Source: Octopus bimaculoides
Lineage: Eukaryota
Direction: 5' to 3'
Length of the DNA stretch: 42,351 nucleotides
Assembly (NCBI RefSeq): GCF_001194135.2
Contig: NC_068991.1
Span: 58,355,147 to 58,397,497, forward strand
Shown here: positions 25,407 to 38,963 of the stretch, one piece after another
Position numbering within the stretch: position 1 is the stretch's first letter
Layout: every line of letters starts with the position of its first letter
Position numbers and translations under genes: made by a program
The notes under the pieces: generated by a model
Told to the model about the DNA's origin: nothing
What the model saw: the letters and a program-made list of their open reading frames with translations, nothing else
Database searches by the model: none

Positions 25407-26463
25407 CATACATACATTTACATGTACATCTACATATAATGATATCACCGTTTTCTCCCTTTCATTTCCTTTCAAATCTTAGAGTTTACCATTTTTGCAC
25501 ATCCACAAACATCGCCTACCTTACACAATCCCCAGAGCAGCTACAACTATTGCCATCGCCGCCACAATATCCCCACCACCACCACCACTGGTACTACCAC
25601 TATTGCCATCACCATCACCATCACCATCATCATAGTCATCCAATTGAATTCCCATGCCACAACGCATGTACGATGTGATACATTTAGATTTAAGTAGCGC
25701 TGCAAAAACATTCAATCTGATGGAATTTTTTTCCTTCTTACTATATTTCACTACTTCTCTCAAGGCTTTCTGTCTCTTTCTCTTTCTCAATCTCTCCCTT
25801 CCTCTGTCCCTACCCCTCTCTCTCTTTCTTTCTCCATGTTAGCTCTAATTTCTGCCCCTTCCTTTCTGGCATTCTTGCTTCGTATACACTCATACACTCT
25901 CACATTCGCAGATGTCCATCTCGGTTTAGTCTTTTCCTTTTTACTTGTTCTTCCGCGCTAATTTATACCATGGTACTTAGAGTTAATGGCGAAAACGAAA
26001 CCAAGGGATAAAAATATACCAGTAATATATTGAGTCATTCAATCATCACTACAGCCTCTACGATTCATAAGTTTCAAGATCTTTTCCTCGTGTACAAAAT
26101 AATTGAATATTTTTCCTCTTTCGTTTTTACTACCTAAACCTTTATATATTTTTTTATTTCGTGAGAGCAGTAGATGTATGCCTTCATCTTAGTATTAAAT
26201 GGAATGCATCAATCTCACGCAGCCAGGTGCTCTCCCTGTGTCTAACGTTTGGCTTTCCACAACTCGCCATTTACCTCAGTATTTTGATGCTGCCTGTATA
26301 AAAGTTTTTATTGTGTATTCGAAGGGTCTTTGCGCCAGTAATAATCACTCACATACACGGTTTCTATTTCACTTCTGTGCTTTTTTTTATTTGTCAATAG
26401 GTTAACTATTGAATCAATCAATTAATGGAATATTTGACAAATCGTTCTGTAAATCAATAATAA

Positions 26464-26855
26464 TTTACTTGTTTCAGTCATTGGACTGCGGCCATGCTGA
26501 AGCACCGCCTAGAGTCGAGCAAATCGACCCCAGGACCTATTCTTTGTAAGCCTAGTACTTATTCTATCGGTCTCTTTTGCTAGGTTACGGGGACGTAAAC
26601 ACACCAGCATCGGTTGTCAAGCGATGTTAGGGTGACAAACACAGACCCACAAACATATACACACAGATACATATATATATTTATATACAAATATATGACA
26701 AGCTTCTTTCAGTTTCCGTCTACCAAATCCTCTCACAAGGCTTTGGTCGGCCCGAAGCAATAGCAGAACACACTTGCCCAAGGTGCCACGCAGTGGGAAC
26801 GAACCCGGAACCATGTGGTTGGTAAGCAAGCTACTTACCACACAGCCACTCCTGT
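26464..26855 (-). mobile_element. tRNA-derived SINE family B, full length, least diverged copy
   Basis: Reverse complement reads CAGGAGTGGCTGTGTGGTAAGTAGCTTGCTTACCAACCACATGGTTCCGGGTTCGTTCCCACTGCGTGGCACCTTGGGCAAG...GACCGATAGAATAAGTACTAGGCTTACAAAGAATAGGTCCTGGGGTCGATTTGCTCGAC...CTGAAACAAGTAAA. Confidence 0.92.
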
Positions 26856-27983
26856 ATAAGAATAATTGTTATTGTTACGCTGTCTGCGTCACAAAAGCCA
26901 AATAATGTTCATTTGCAAACCTGACAGGCATATGAGATCTTCTGCGTTTATGCTTGGTTCGAACTTCGCGTGGATGGTGACTCAATAAGTCGTGAACTGG
27001 GATTCTTTTTCAAATGGTTACACTTTCTGATAGCGATAAATAGATCGCAAAGCTTTTAGAACGGAATTTTTTTTAATAAACCAGAGGGATGCAATCTTGA
27101 CTGCAATAGAGTGGACTCGATTCGGGTTCCCGTTTAATCCAGTAACTATCTTTGTAGAACTAAGTGGGGAGGTGAAGAGACAAAGAGCATAAGAGTACGA
27201 TGGACAGGGACGTTTCAGTTAGTAGCAGGTCTTCAGAGTAGATTAGTTCCTTTTTGTCTCATCTACAATGTCTGGTAACTCACTTTTTAATGCTTGTGTT
27301 GTCTATAAGCGTGAAATGGTTCTATAAATATATTTTAATGTGTTCGCATATAGAAAACATGATTACAACCACTTGTAAGAAAACTAAGCAACTAGATTTT
27401 AATATAAAACGTAAATCGTTTCAGAAGTAGCTGATAGCTTCACCATAGTGGTTGTGTGATGGTGGTGGTGGTAGTGGTGTTGCTAGTGGTGGTAGTGGTG
27501 GTAGTGGTGGTGGTGGTGGTGGTNNNNNNNNNNNNNNNNNNNNNNNNNNNNNNNNNNNNNNNNNNNNNNNNNNNNNNNNNNNNNNNNNNNNNNNNNNNNN
27601 NNNNNNNNNNNNNNNNNNNNNNNNNNNNNNNNNNNNNNNNNNNNNNNNNNNNNNNNNNNNNNNNNNNNNNNNNNNNNNNNNNNNNNNNNNNNNNNNNNNN
27701 NNNNNNNNNNNNNNNNNNNNNNNNNNNNNNNNNNNNNNNNNNNNNNNNNNNNNNNNNNNNNNNNNNNNNNNNNNNNNNNNNNNNNNNNNNNNNNNNNNNN
27801 NNNNNNNNNNNNNNNNNNNNNNNNNNNNNNNNNNNNNNNNNNNNNNNNNNNNNNNNNNNNNNNNNNNNNNNNNNNNNNNNNNNNNNNNNNNNNNNNNNNN
27901 NNNNNNNNNNNNNNNNNNNNNNNNNNNNNNNNNNNNNNNNNNNNNNNNNNNNNNNNNNNNNNNNNNNNNNNNNNNNNNNNNNN

Positions 27984-28045
<62 letters not shown>

Positions 28046-28135
28046 ACACACAGAGGCACGCGGAGTGTTTCGTATCTACGTTATAGCTTTCTAAGATAGA
28101 GTCAGCAGCCATAACTTCCTCACTATAACAATAGA

Positions 28136-28348
28136 TAATACAGTTCTATATTTAAGGGATGAGGAATTACGTACATTATTTACATTATTTACATTTGGCG
28201 GATATTTGTACGCGTCTTGTTTCTTGTTAATCCAACGTTTCGGCTCATATACCTGATGAGGGCTGGAGAGTATATCAGCCGAAACGTTGAGTTAACAACA
28301 AACAAGATGAGGACAAATATCCGTCAAATGTAAATTATGTAAATAATG
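28136..28348. mobile_element. TSD-flanked foldback insertion, Penelope-like inverted terminus
   Basis: 12-bp direct repeats TATAACAATAGA at 28124-28135 and 28349-28360; 81-bp inverted arms 28172-28252 / 28270-28350 (about 72/81 identical); hammerhead core at the centre. Confidence 0.75.
28248..28292 (+). ncRNA. Minimal hammerhead ribozyme motif (Penelope-type)
   Basis: ATAC-CTGATGA-G-GGCTG[GAGAGTATAT]CAGCC-GAAAC-GTT-GAGT. Both catalytic boxes, 5-bp stem II, palindromic ACGT stem III (dimer-type), GUU triplet, imperfect stem I. Confidence 0.65.
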
Positions 28349-28677
28349 TATAACAATAGACTTCTACTTAGAAAAAAAGAAACAGGCATTGCGTAATATA
28401 CTTTTCAATGAAATATATCTAACGTAATAGAAGCTACGTCATCCGTCAATTGTTAAATCGTTATTGAGTGTAGCTGAGTGAGACCTAAACAACAACAATT
28501 ATAACAATCACAAAATAACGGAAATGACAACAACGCATGCTTATTGTATTTTCTGAATGCTGGAAGGAAGACGTTTTCTAAGAAATGATTTTCATTGGTA
28601 AAAGGATCAGATATGGAATACATTTATATATCCAGATATCAAGATCTCAAAAATTTGTCAAAATGTAATACAACGGA

Positions 28678-28737
28678 TTTGCTAAAGGCGGTACTCCAGC
28701 ATGGCCACAGTCAAATAATTGAAACAAGTAAAAAAGA

Positions 28738-28740
<3 letters not shown>
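28678..28740 (+). mobile_element. SINE family B 3' fragment
   Basis: CTAAAGGCGGTACTCCAGCATGGCCACAGTCAAATAATTGAAACAAGTAAAAAAGAGTA. Confidence 0.85.
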
Positions 28741-28790
<50 letters not shown>

Positions 28791-28793
<3 letters not shown>

Positions 28794-29210
28794 TCTTTTA
28801 TTCATTAACTTGTTTCAGTCATTTGACTGCGGCCATGCTGGACCGCCGACTTTAGTCGAGCAAATCAACCCCAGGACTTATTCTTTGTAAGCCTAGTACT
28901 TATTCTATCGGTCTCTCATGCCGAACCGCTAAGTTACGGGGACATAAGCACACTAACATCAGTTGTCAAGTGAAAGTAGGAGGACAACCACAGATACACA
29001 AACACACACACACACACACATACACACACATACACACACACACACACANNNNNNNNNNCCGTCTACCAAATTCACTCGCAAGGTTTCGTCGGCCCGAGGC
29101 TATAGTAGATTACACATGCCCAATGTGCCACGCAGTTGGACTGAACCCGAGACCTTGTGGTTGTTAAGCAAGCTACTTATCACATGCCTATTAAGCCATG
29201 GCTGCGCCTA
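28791..29210 (-). mobile_element. SINE family B, full length (10-N gap in the internal CA tract)
   Basis: Colinear with 26464-26855 across both halves. Confidence 0.9.
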
Positions 29211-30028
29211 TTAAGCCACGCCTGCTCCCCTCTCTCTTTATCTATGTATTTATCTATCTGTGTTTGTGGGGGGGGGTGAAAAGCAAAAGCGTATCCAACG
29301 TGTTTATTATTATTTTTTATTTCAAAGACTGCAGAGTAAACATAATTCCAAAAAGTCAATATGTCACATTGTATCCCTAGTACCTATGCTGACGTTGAAG
29401 CGAGAAGATGCAGCAGATTTGATCCATTTGGAATTCTCGTTGCTCAATATTGACGTTGCCCATCATAAATATAAGGTCGCTTAGGTATTTTGAGTTGTTG
29501 ATATCCATGTCTATCGAAGGTTGATTTCTGGAAGCAGGTGGATCTGAAAGTCGAAATTAAAGCGGTGAGAGGTTAATCTACGTGTGCCTATACTAACTGC
29601 AAGCGAATCAAATTATTTCCTCCTCATCAAGGACGCGTTTTCCCTTCACCGAACTTATTTCTGATAATGGATTTGTATGTCATCCTGAAACTATGAAAAG
29701 ACAAAATAACCAACGCTGAACTGCAGACAGATTGCCTGGCTCTCATTAAGGATTCAGCACGAAAGACTGTTGAGTGCTTTACATGATTTCATGACCACGA
29801 TAAATATACAAATATTCAACGTGGTATATCCGCAGAAACGTATGCATAACTAAGTGGAAGTTGTAATTTATAGAGCCACAAGAACAGGTCAAAAATTTCG
29901 TTAACGGAAACCAATAGGGTGGATGTTGTTAGGATAAAGAAACAAACGAAGTTTAATAACTGTGTGTATGTGACACAGTGTGTGTGTGTTAACGTGCGCG
30001 GCGTGTGCGTGTGTACGTACATATATAC

Positions 30029-30073
<45 letters not shown>

Positions 30074-31507
30074 AATATATATATATGTATATATGTACAT
30101 GTATATATACAATACATATGCATACATATATGTATATAGTGTGTGTATATATATATATATGCAAATATATATATATGTACATATATATGTGTATATAATA
30201 TTTTCGTGTGTGTGTGCATAATGTTCATATGGAGTGTAGCATCTATTATTGTAAGGACGTTCTGCGGTGCACAGTAGCAGAAATGAAATATACATATATT
30301 ACACGAATATTCGCCTGTACACTAACCTTGTGGCAAATAAATATCCTACTTTTTTGATAGTTGTTTTTCCTTCTCCTCTGCTTTCTCTCCTGCTAATGTC
30401 GCTGTAATTGTTGTTGTAGCCACTGATGTTACATACGATAACTGTAGTCTTTCTCACGTTGATAGTGATGTCGGCGGCCATATTATTATTACTTCTCTAT
30501 TTATATTCTTTCTGTATTTATTTATATCTATTTATATTCCTACTTATTTTATAGCATCTTATTTCATGTTTTATTTTACATTTTTTTTCTTCAGCAAAGC
30601 CCACTCGATCTCTTGTCAGAATTATGTAATATAGCTGTCATACGAGGGGAAAGCCATTTTACTGTACCGCAAGATGCGATTTTGCTCAACACATTTAAAA
30701 CTTACAGAATTTTACTTTTTTCTCGCTTTTTTTTTTTCTAGATTTTTTTTCTTTTCCCAGGACTTTTTTTTTCTGTTATTTTCTCTATTTCTCACAAGAC
30801 ATCATCAAGTCAATGCATCGTGAATTTTTATAGGACTTTGAAAGGCACGTTTCATTAAGTGATTCCATATAGATATATGTACGTACGTATATATATATAG
30901 ACATATATGTATATATATATATATATATNNNNNNNNNNNNNNNNNNNNNNNNNNNNNNNNNNNNNNNNNNNNNNNNNNNNNNNNNNNNNNNNNNNNNNNN
31001 NNNNNNNNNNNNNNNNNNNNNNNNNNNNNNNNNNNNNNNNNNNNNNNNNNNNNNNNNNNNNNNNNNNNNNNNNNNNNNNNNNNNNNNNNNNNNNNNNNNN
31101 NNNNNNNNNNNNNNNNNNNNNNNNNNNNNNNNNNNNNNNNNNNNNNNNNNNNNNNNNNNNNNNNNNNNNNNNNNNNNNNNNNNNNNNNNNNNNNNNNNNN
31201 NNNNNNNNNNNNNNNNNNNNNNNNNNNNNNNNNNNNNNNNNNNNNNNNNNNNNNNNNNNNNNNNNNNNNNNNNNNNNNNNNNNNNNNNNNNNNNNNNNNN
31301 NNNNNNNNNNNNNNNNNNNNNNNNNNNNNNNNNNNNNNNNNNNNNNNNNNNNNNNNNNNNNNNNNNNNNNNNNNNNNNNNNNNNNNNNNNNNNNNNNNNN
31401 NNNNNNNNNNNNNNNNNNNNNNNNNNNNNNNNNNNNNNNNNNNNNNNNNNNNNNNNNNNNNNNNNNNNNNNNNNNNNNNNNNNNNNNNNNNNNNNNNNNN
31501 NNNNNNN

Positions 31508-31540
<33 letters not shown>

Positions 31541-31854
31541 GGTGTTTATATATATATGTATATATATATATATATGTATACATATATACATGTAGCTTAT
31601 GTATATGTATATGTGAGTGAGCGTGTATATGAGTTTCCATGAATGTTTGCATGTATGTAAGTATGTATGTACGTATGTATGTATATATGTATGTACGTAT
31701 GCATGTATGTATGTATGTATGCATGTATGTATGTATGTATGTATGTATGCATGTATGTATGTATGCTGCACCATTCTCTTCTCCGCATGACAAAATGTCG
31801 ATTACTTGCAGTCATTGAACATCAAGTAAGTGATGAGCATGATGGTGATGGTAA

Positions 31855-32066
31855 AAAATAAAAGAAAGAAAGAAAGAAAGAAAGAAAAAAGAAAGAAAGA
31901 AGAAGAAGAAGAAGAAGAAGAAGAAGAAGAAGAAGAAGAAGAAGAAGAAGAAGAAGAAGAAGAAGAAGAAGAAGAAGAAGGGTTTATTGATTGTGATAAC
32001 CATGAACAACAAATCTAACACTACCACTAACAATAATTTTACTACTACTACTACTACTACTACTAC

Positions 32067-32120
<54 letters not shown>

Positions 32121-32325
32121 CAATAATAAGAATAATTCATTTTGGCGAGAAGAGCGACGGACATTACATGTAAAAAAAATAAAATCGATATTAATATTAC
32201 ATCAAGAATGACAGCAATGATTATAGCAAAACATTAAAAACAGCAGCAACAGCACCACCACCATCATCACAACCACTATAACCATCACCACCACCACCAT
32301 CAACACCCTCATCAACACCATCATC

Positions 32326-32387
<62 letters not shown>

Positions 32388-32388
32388 A

Positions 32389-32429
<41 letters not shown>

Positions 32430-32520
32430 TGATGATAATAATAATAATAAAATTAATAATAACAATAATAACAGTAATAATATTAACAGTGACGACTACA
32501 ACAACAGCAACAACAACAAA
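31855..32520. repeat. Compound AAAG/GAA/ACT/AAT/CAC microsatellite arrays
   Basis: Directly visible. Confidence 0.9.
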
Positions 32521-33354
32521 AAATAACACATGTTAGTATGTAGTTAACTAGTCCAATAGCCAAGGCACTTTTAATAAAAGTAGATTAGTCATGGCTCGTC
32601 AAAAAATTATAAGGTAACGTTAGGTCAACTCCCATTAGAGCAACTTACTCCATTTTCTTCTTCCCTCTTTCAGTTTTTTTTTCTTCTCTTTTTTCTTTTT
32701 TTTTTTTTTTGGCTACGCATGATTAAATAGAGCGAAGATTAAATATAACAGCCATTTTTACCTCGACATAAATCGCCAAATTTCTAGAATCCTGCCATTT
32801 GTTTTCGCTTTTAAAATTGGATTTGACATTGATTACACTTAAGTCAAAAGATTCTTGTAGCTGTTCCTGCCGAACCCTAAGGGAAGTGGATGGCTTTTCT
32901 TGTAATATTCTGGCTCGTCTTCTTTCAACTCATTATCGTCTAAGAGACAGAGTTCTTTTTTGTGTGTTATTTTTGCTACTATCTGCTATCACCATCTCAG
33001 CCCCTAATCTTTAGATTGTCAATATACACACGCGTGAACCTGTGTAAGAGGCATGTGTGAATATGTGTGATTATGTTCTAGTGTTATTGCGTTCTTGTAT
33101 AATGTATAATGTATAATGTACGTGTCTGTGTCTTTTAGCTATGTGCAATTTGTATGTGGTAAAAATATATACATATATACATGTGTGCGTATGTATATGT
33201 ATATCTAAGTATATTTATGTGTTTTATGTGTGTGTGTGTGTGTGTGTGTGCGCGTATACATAAGTATATATGTATGCTTATATATGTATATATATATATG
33301 TATATCTATGTATATATTTATGTATATATGCGTGTGTGTATATATATATATATT

Positions 33355-33409
<55 letters not shown>

Positions 33410-33723
33410 AAAGATAGATAGATAAAAAGATAGATAGATAGGGAGATAGATAGATAGGTAGATAGATACATACTTACATACATACATACATACACACACA
33501 CATACATACATACATACTTACATACATACATACATACATACACACACATACATACATACATACATCCATACATACATACATACACACACATACATACATA
33601 CATACTTACATACATACATACATCCATCCATACATACATACACACATACATACATACATACATACACACATACATACATACATACATACATACATCTATA
33701 CATACATACATACATACATACTT

Positions 33724-33758
<35 letters not shown>

Positions 33759-33795
33759 TACATACATACATACATACATACATACATAATACATA
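33355..33795. repeat. (GATA)n followed by a long (TACA)n tetranucleotide array
   Basis: Directly visible. Confidence 0.95.
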
Positions 33796-34178
33796 CTTCT
33801 GTGCGCCTGTCTCAGTGAGAATACTTGTACACAAGCCTTTTAAAGTGCTAAAAGTGCGTATTAACACTTTTCGCTCTCCTCACTCGTTCACTCACACTCA
33901 CACACGCGCACACATGCATACATAATCACACGAGCGCACACGTTCGCTTTCTCAAACCGTCGATCACTGTTTTGCTCTCTATTGTTTTTTTTTTCCCGCT
34001 CTCTATCCAATGCTCCCACTAAAATAATCGTTATCTTGTTTCCTCTTCTCTTCTCCTTCCTTTTTCTTTTCCTTTTTCTTGTCTTTTCCTCTTCTTCATC
34101 TCTTCCTCCATCTCCTTAGTCTTTACTTTCTTCTTTCCCATTTAATTTTGTTCATGGGAATATACGTGTGTGCGTGTG

Positions 34179-34211
<33 letters not shown>

Positions 34212-34817
34212 GTGTGCACGTGTGTGTGTGTGTGTGTGTGTGTATGCATATATATGCTTGTACGTATACATATATACATATGTATTCGTACATGTGTGTA
34301 CGAATACATATATGTGTTACATATAAATAGGTATGTATGTACATACGTGTGTATGCACGTACGTATGCATGCATCTATTTATGAATGGGTGTTCGTGAGA
34401 ATATATATGTGAGTAATTTTATAAAGATTACGCATCTAAATGTGTACGTAAATGTGAATGAGAATTGGAATAGCTCTTTCGCTCTCTCTCTCTCACTATA
34501 TATATATATATATATATATATNNNNNNNNNNNNNNNNNNNNNNNNNNNNNNNNNNNNNNNNNNNNNNNNNNNNNNNNNNNNNNNNNNNNNNNNNNNNNNN
34601 NNNNNNNNNNNNNNNNNNNNNNNNNNNNNNNNNNNNNNNNNNNNNNNNNNNNNNNNNNNNNNNNNNNNNNNNNNNNNNNNNNNNNNNNNNNNNNNNNNNN
34701 NNNNNNNNNNNNNNNNNNNNNTACGTTTGTGTGTGTGTGTATATATGTATATATATATGAATGTATATATATCCATGTATGTATATACATATATATATAT
34801 ATATTTATATATGTGTG

Positions 34818-34862
<45 letters not shown>

Positions 34863-34983
34863 TTGTGTGCGTGTGTGTTGTTATTTAAATGCGTAGCCGC
34901 TGTATAATTGCACATTTGCGCAGTTCGATGTGTGCGCACAGGGAAAGAGAAAAAGAGAAGAATTAAACAGTAAAGAAAGAAAA

Positions 34984-35028
<45 letters not shown>

Positions 35029-35279
35029 ACGAAAGAAAGACAGGAAGAGGATGGGAGATAGGGAGGGAGAGTGATAAAAAGAACAAGAGACTAAAGGGGA
35101 GATAAAGAGGGCAGTAAAGTTGTGAGTGTCGACCAATAAGTGGTTTGACAGTGAAATGGACAGTTAAGTTACGATAATGCAGAGAGCCAGCGTGATAGAG
35201 CCTGCATTTTCTTCTACACACTTTTAAAAGGTTTGTATCAATAATGCTTTCAATTAGTGCCTTGATTGGTCGTGTTTCA

Positions 35280-35970
35280 CTTACTGTTGCTGATTTTGCA
35301 GTTGTTGTTGTTGCCGTTGTCATCGTTGTCGTCGTCGTCGTCGTCGTCGTCGTCCTTGTTGTTGCTGTTGTTGTTGCTATTGTTGATATTACTTGGTTGT
35401 TATTGTTGTTCTTGTTTAAGTGGAGGTAACGGTGCTGGAGTTTGCCGTAGCGGTGGAGTGATAGCGGTGGTGCAGATGATATAAAAGGTCTTGTGCATCT
35501 TGCATTGGGAGTGGTGTTAACGGGGAAGAAACGATGATGGAGCTGGTGGTAGTGGTGAAGGTGAGGGTAGTGATGTTACAGTATATGGCGGTGTTGGTGT
35601 TGGAAATAGAGACGATCGTGTTGGCGGTGGAGCTGATTGTGGTAGTAGTGGTTTTGATGAAGTTAGTGATGGTAATGTCGGTACTGATGGTGTTCATGTT
35701 GGCGATAGTGGTGCTGTTGATGATAGTGATGGTAGCTGGGATAGTGGTGTTAGTGGGGATGGAAATGAAGAGGTTGATGTTAGAACTGATGGCGAACGTA
35801 TCGGTTGAACATATTAGTTGGTGATGATGATAATGGTACAGTTAGTGATGGGTGCAGTGGTGGCTATGATGAAGGCGGTGAAGAGAGTTCTGCTGGTGGA
35901 AATTATGATGATAATGGTGATGATGGTGACGGGAAACTAATGCTCGATTTGTGAATGTTGTTGGTGGTGG

Positions 35971-36008
<38 letters not shown>

Positions 36009-36470
36009 GTGGCTGCAACGCTGTTCATGATGATAATGACGATGATGATGATGATTATAATATCGGTAGTGACATTGGTGGTATTAATGATGACGACAAC
36101 GACGAAGGCGACAATAATGATGGTTATGATAATGATAGTGATGATGATGTGATGGTGATGATGATGATGGTGACGATTATACGATGGTGATGGGGATAAT
36201 GATAACGACGATGCGACGGTGAGTGTATTGACAGTATTGATGATAGTGATAATGATGGTGGTAGTGGTGGTGATAGTTGTGGTGGTGGTCGTCGTCGGTG
36301 ATCGTCGTCGTGGTGGTCGTGGTTGTGGCCGTGGTCGAGGTCGTGGTGGTCGTGTTGATGGTGATCGTGGTGGTGATGGTGATGGTATTAGAGTATTTAA
36401 GATGGTGATGATGATGATGATGAGGGTAGTGGTGATGGTGGTGGTGGAAGTGATGATTCTTATAGTAATG
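35280..36470. repeat. About 1.2 kb cryptic, decayed GTT/GGT/GAT trinucleotide low-complexity tract
   Basis: Period-3 G/T-rich composition with frequent frame slips and stops in all frames. Confidence 0.85.
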
Positions 36471-36781
36471 AGATATACCTCATAAATGGCAACGTTTGGT
36501 TTTAGTATTATTGTTGATCAATGGAATTAGGAGAGGGATAAAGAATTTCAGGGTGCAAGTTGTATAGTATTACTTATGTTTGTACCAAGTCTAATTTCAT
36601 GGATTAGAGCTAACACCAAATTTCTTCCAGCAATTACCATCCTGTCATTTGAAGGTACGACGGTGATGAGATTGTCGACGGATATGTTGTTGTTGTTGAT
36701 GCAATTGTTGAACGTGACTCTAAAAAGCACAGACAATCAGCAGCGGATTGAACTATACGTTTGTATGAGATAGTTTCTCAG

Positions 36782-36828
36782 GACGAATGCTGCACTTCTA
36801 TGGCGTTCGTGCAGAACCTCCATATGGC
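36782..36828 (+). CDS. Candidate exon 2 (RMLHFYGVRAEPPYG)
   Basis: TTTCTCAG acceptor, GTAAGA donor, 47 nt, phase 1 to 0, locally GC-rich and non-repetitive; in frame with 38964. Confidence 0.45.
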
Positions 36829-37344
36829 GTAAGATATGCAGATTGCCTTTTGGTACTAATACTGATTCTGTTGCCAATAACTCATTTATATCCAGATCCC
36901 TAGTTATTTTCGACACCATTCCCTGATTAGTTTTTGTTTTTTCTCTATAACAATACGGATAAATCTTGGCTAGCATACGGTGATATTGAATAGCTGATGC
37001 TGATGAAGCGCAAACACGCTGAATTTACGTGATCTGGCAGTTCCACCACCAGTATGGGACATTTTTTATCCGCTACTGATATTCTGTGCTGTTCATTACC
37101 ATGCATCTGTACGGGACGTTTTTGCAGGACCACAACTCCCTGCTTTTCATAATGTTTATCCATAACGACCCTCCATGATTGTTTTCCTTCGGTTTCACAG
37201 TATGTGTCCACTGTCCTGTTTTATTCACAACTTTGACACTCCATAAATCCAAAATTAACTTTTGGAAGTTAAGGGAGAAACTGTCTTCGAAGACTAATAT
37301 CGTCGTTGAGTGCTGGAAATGAGGAGCAGATAGACAACTGACAA

Positions 37345-37478
37345 CTTATGAAGGGTCGTTCTTTGTGTTACTTGTCCTGTATTCCATTTTTTCTCTCGTT
37401 GTTTGCGTATTTAACTCGTTTGTTGTCGTACTTCATGTTGTTTAGAGTTGGTGAGGTCCTGTACCCGTATATGCATAT
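37345..37478 (+). repeat. Second copy of the 503-625 repeat family
   Basis: Shared start and GTCCTGTACCC..ATATGCAT end. Confidence 0.5.
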
Positions 37479-37954
37479 ATCTATATATATTTATATATAT
37501 ATATCTTATTTATATTATATATATATTTGTATAAATAAATATATATATATATGCTTATATATATGTCATATATATACATATATTAATAAATCCATCTATA
37601 TATATATATAGTGTCAAAGGTTACTCACTAAGATAAGAATTCTTAATATATAATGCACATTTCAAAAATGGCAGTTTATACATAATAATATTTTGGTGCG
37701 TAATGTCTTGACGCTGTACATGTGTGCGTATATTTGAGTGTGCGCACGCGCTCACGCGTCTGTATGTGTGTGTGTGCATATATATATATATATCAAATCA
37801 AGTGTATGAACAAAAAAGCAAGTATATTTGTTTGGTGCTCGGGAAAAAGGAAAATTTATTTTATGTTTCCAGCCTACGCTCACCAACACGAAGGAATAAG
37901 AGAAAATAAACTGTGAGAGAATGAAAACAAACTTCTAGATTTCAGCGGTCCAAC

Positions 37955-38004
<50 letters not shown>

Positions 38005-38963
38005 CATATGTATGTTCACACGCACAGTGAAATACCGGGTTGGTGTCCGTGTACTTGACCTCTTCCTAGAGGCAAGCTTTATCAAAATCCAATATCCCAG
38101 AATCTATCCACACCTTTTAAAATAGAGAGCACTGGTAGAAGAATGTACAACAGACCAGGAGATGAAATCGTATGGTACAGGGATTGACAACTGAAGAAGT
38201 GCAGTGTTCATCGTGTCGTTGAATCAGAAACTTGAAGTCCTGTATATGAGTCTCAATACTTGTATCTTTCAAGGAGCACACATGTATATGCTTACATATA
38301 GATATATAAACGTACACACAAACACACACACACACACACACATACACACACACACTCACACACACACATACACACACTCATACACACATACACATATATA
38401 CAAGCTTGTTATAAGTTCAAATAATTTTGTGAAGTATTGAAACCGGTAAGAAAGCCATTTTTGTTCTTTTTTTTTGTATTTCATGGAGAAAATATCGTCG
38501 CTGTAATCATACCATACCCGTTCGAAGCATACTCTCCTTAAATCGCTGATGGCATGCATTTCAGTGTACTGAGCATTCGAAAGTTTGGCACTACGAACTG
38601 ACAAGAGACCAGGACCCTCTTATCATACTCCAGTCAACGTACTCTGAATGGAAGCATTATTCGGCGGTCGGGCCATAGCAAAGCGCTAAGCAGTGGTGTG
38701 TAAAAATATAAAATTGTTACAGATGACCGACCATTTGAAATTCATTACACTGAGCTGTGAGAAATAAGGGTGCGAGTGGATTTTCAGTCACTTCTCATTT
38801 AGCATGCAACAAAGAAAAAAAAACATCAAAAGATTTAAGAAGATTGTGGGCATAGATATCGAACAGTGAACTGCAAACAAATAAAATGTTCTGTTAACGC
38901 TTACTTGTTATTGTAGATGTTATTGTTGTTGATGTTGTCATCGTCGTCGTCTTTCTTGCGTAG

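Noticed and set aside
35951-36230. Asp-rich ORF resembling molluscan acidic shell proteins, with a GTGAGT donor nearby
   Set aside because: It lies inside a decayed GAT/GGT tract with stops and frame slips, and similar tracts occur throughout the window.
36998-37035. CTGATGA-AGCG-CAAACA-CGCT-GAAT hammerhead-like string
   Set aside because: GAAA is broken, the closing pair is wrong, and there is no stem I or III.
36737-37211. Protein-looking minus-strand ORFs (79 and 88 aa); also 38356-38604
   Set aside because: No recognisable motif or good splice context, and the first overlaps the better-supported + strand exon candidate.
38545-38590. CTGATGG...CGAAAG hammerhead-like string; likewise CTGAAGA...GAAAC-TTGAA-GTC at ~38190
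   Set aside because: The first has a non-canonical core, the second has no stem II adjacent to the core, and neither has a stem I.
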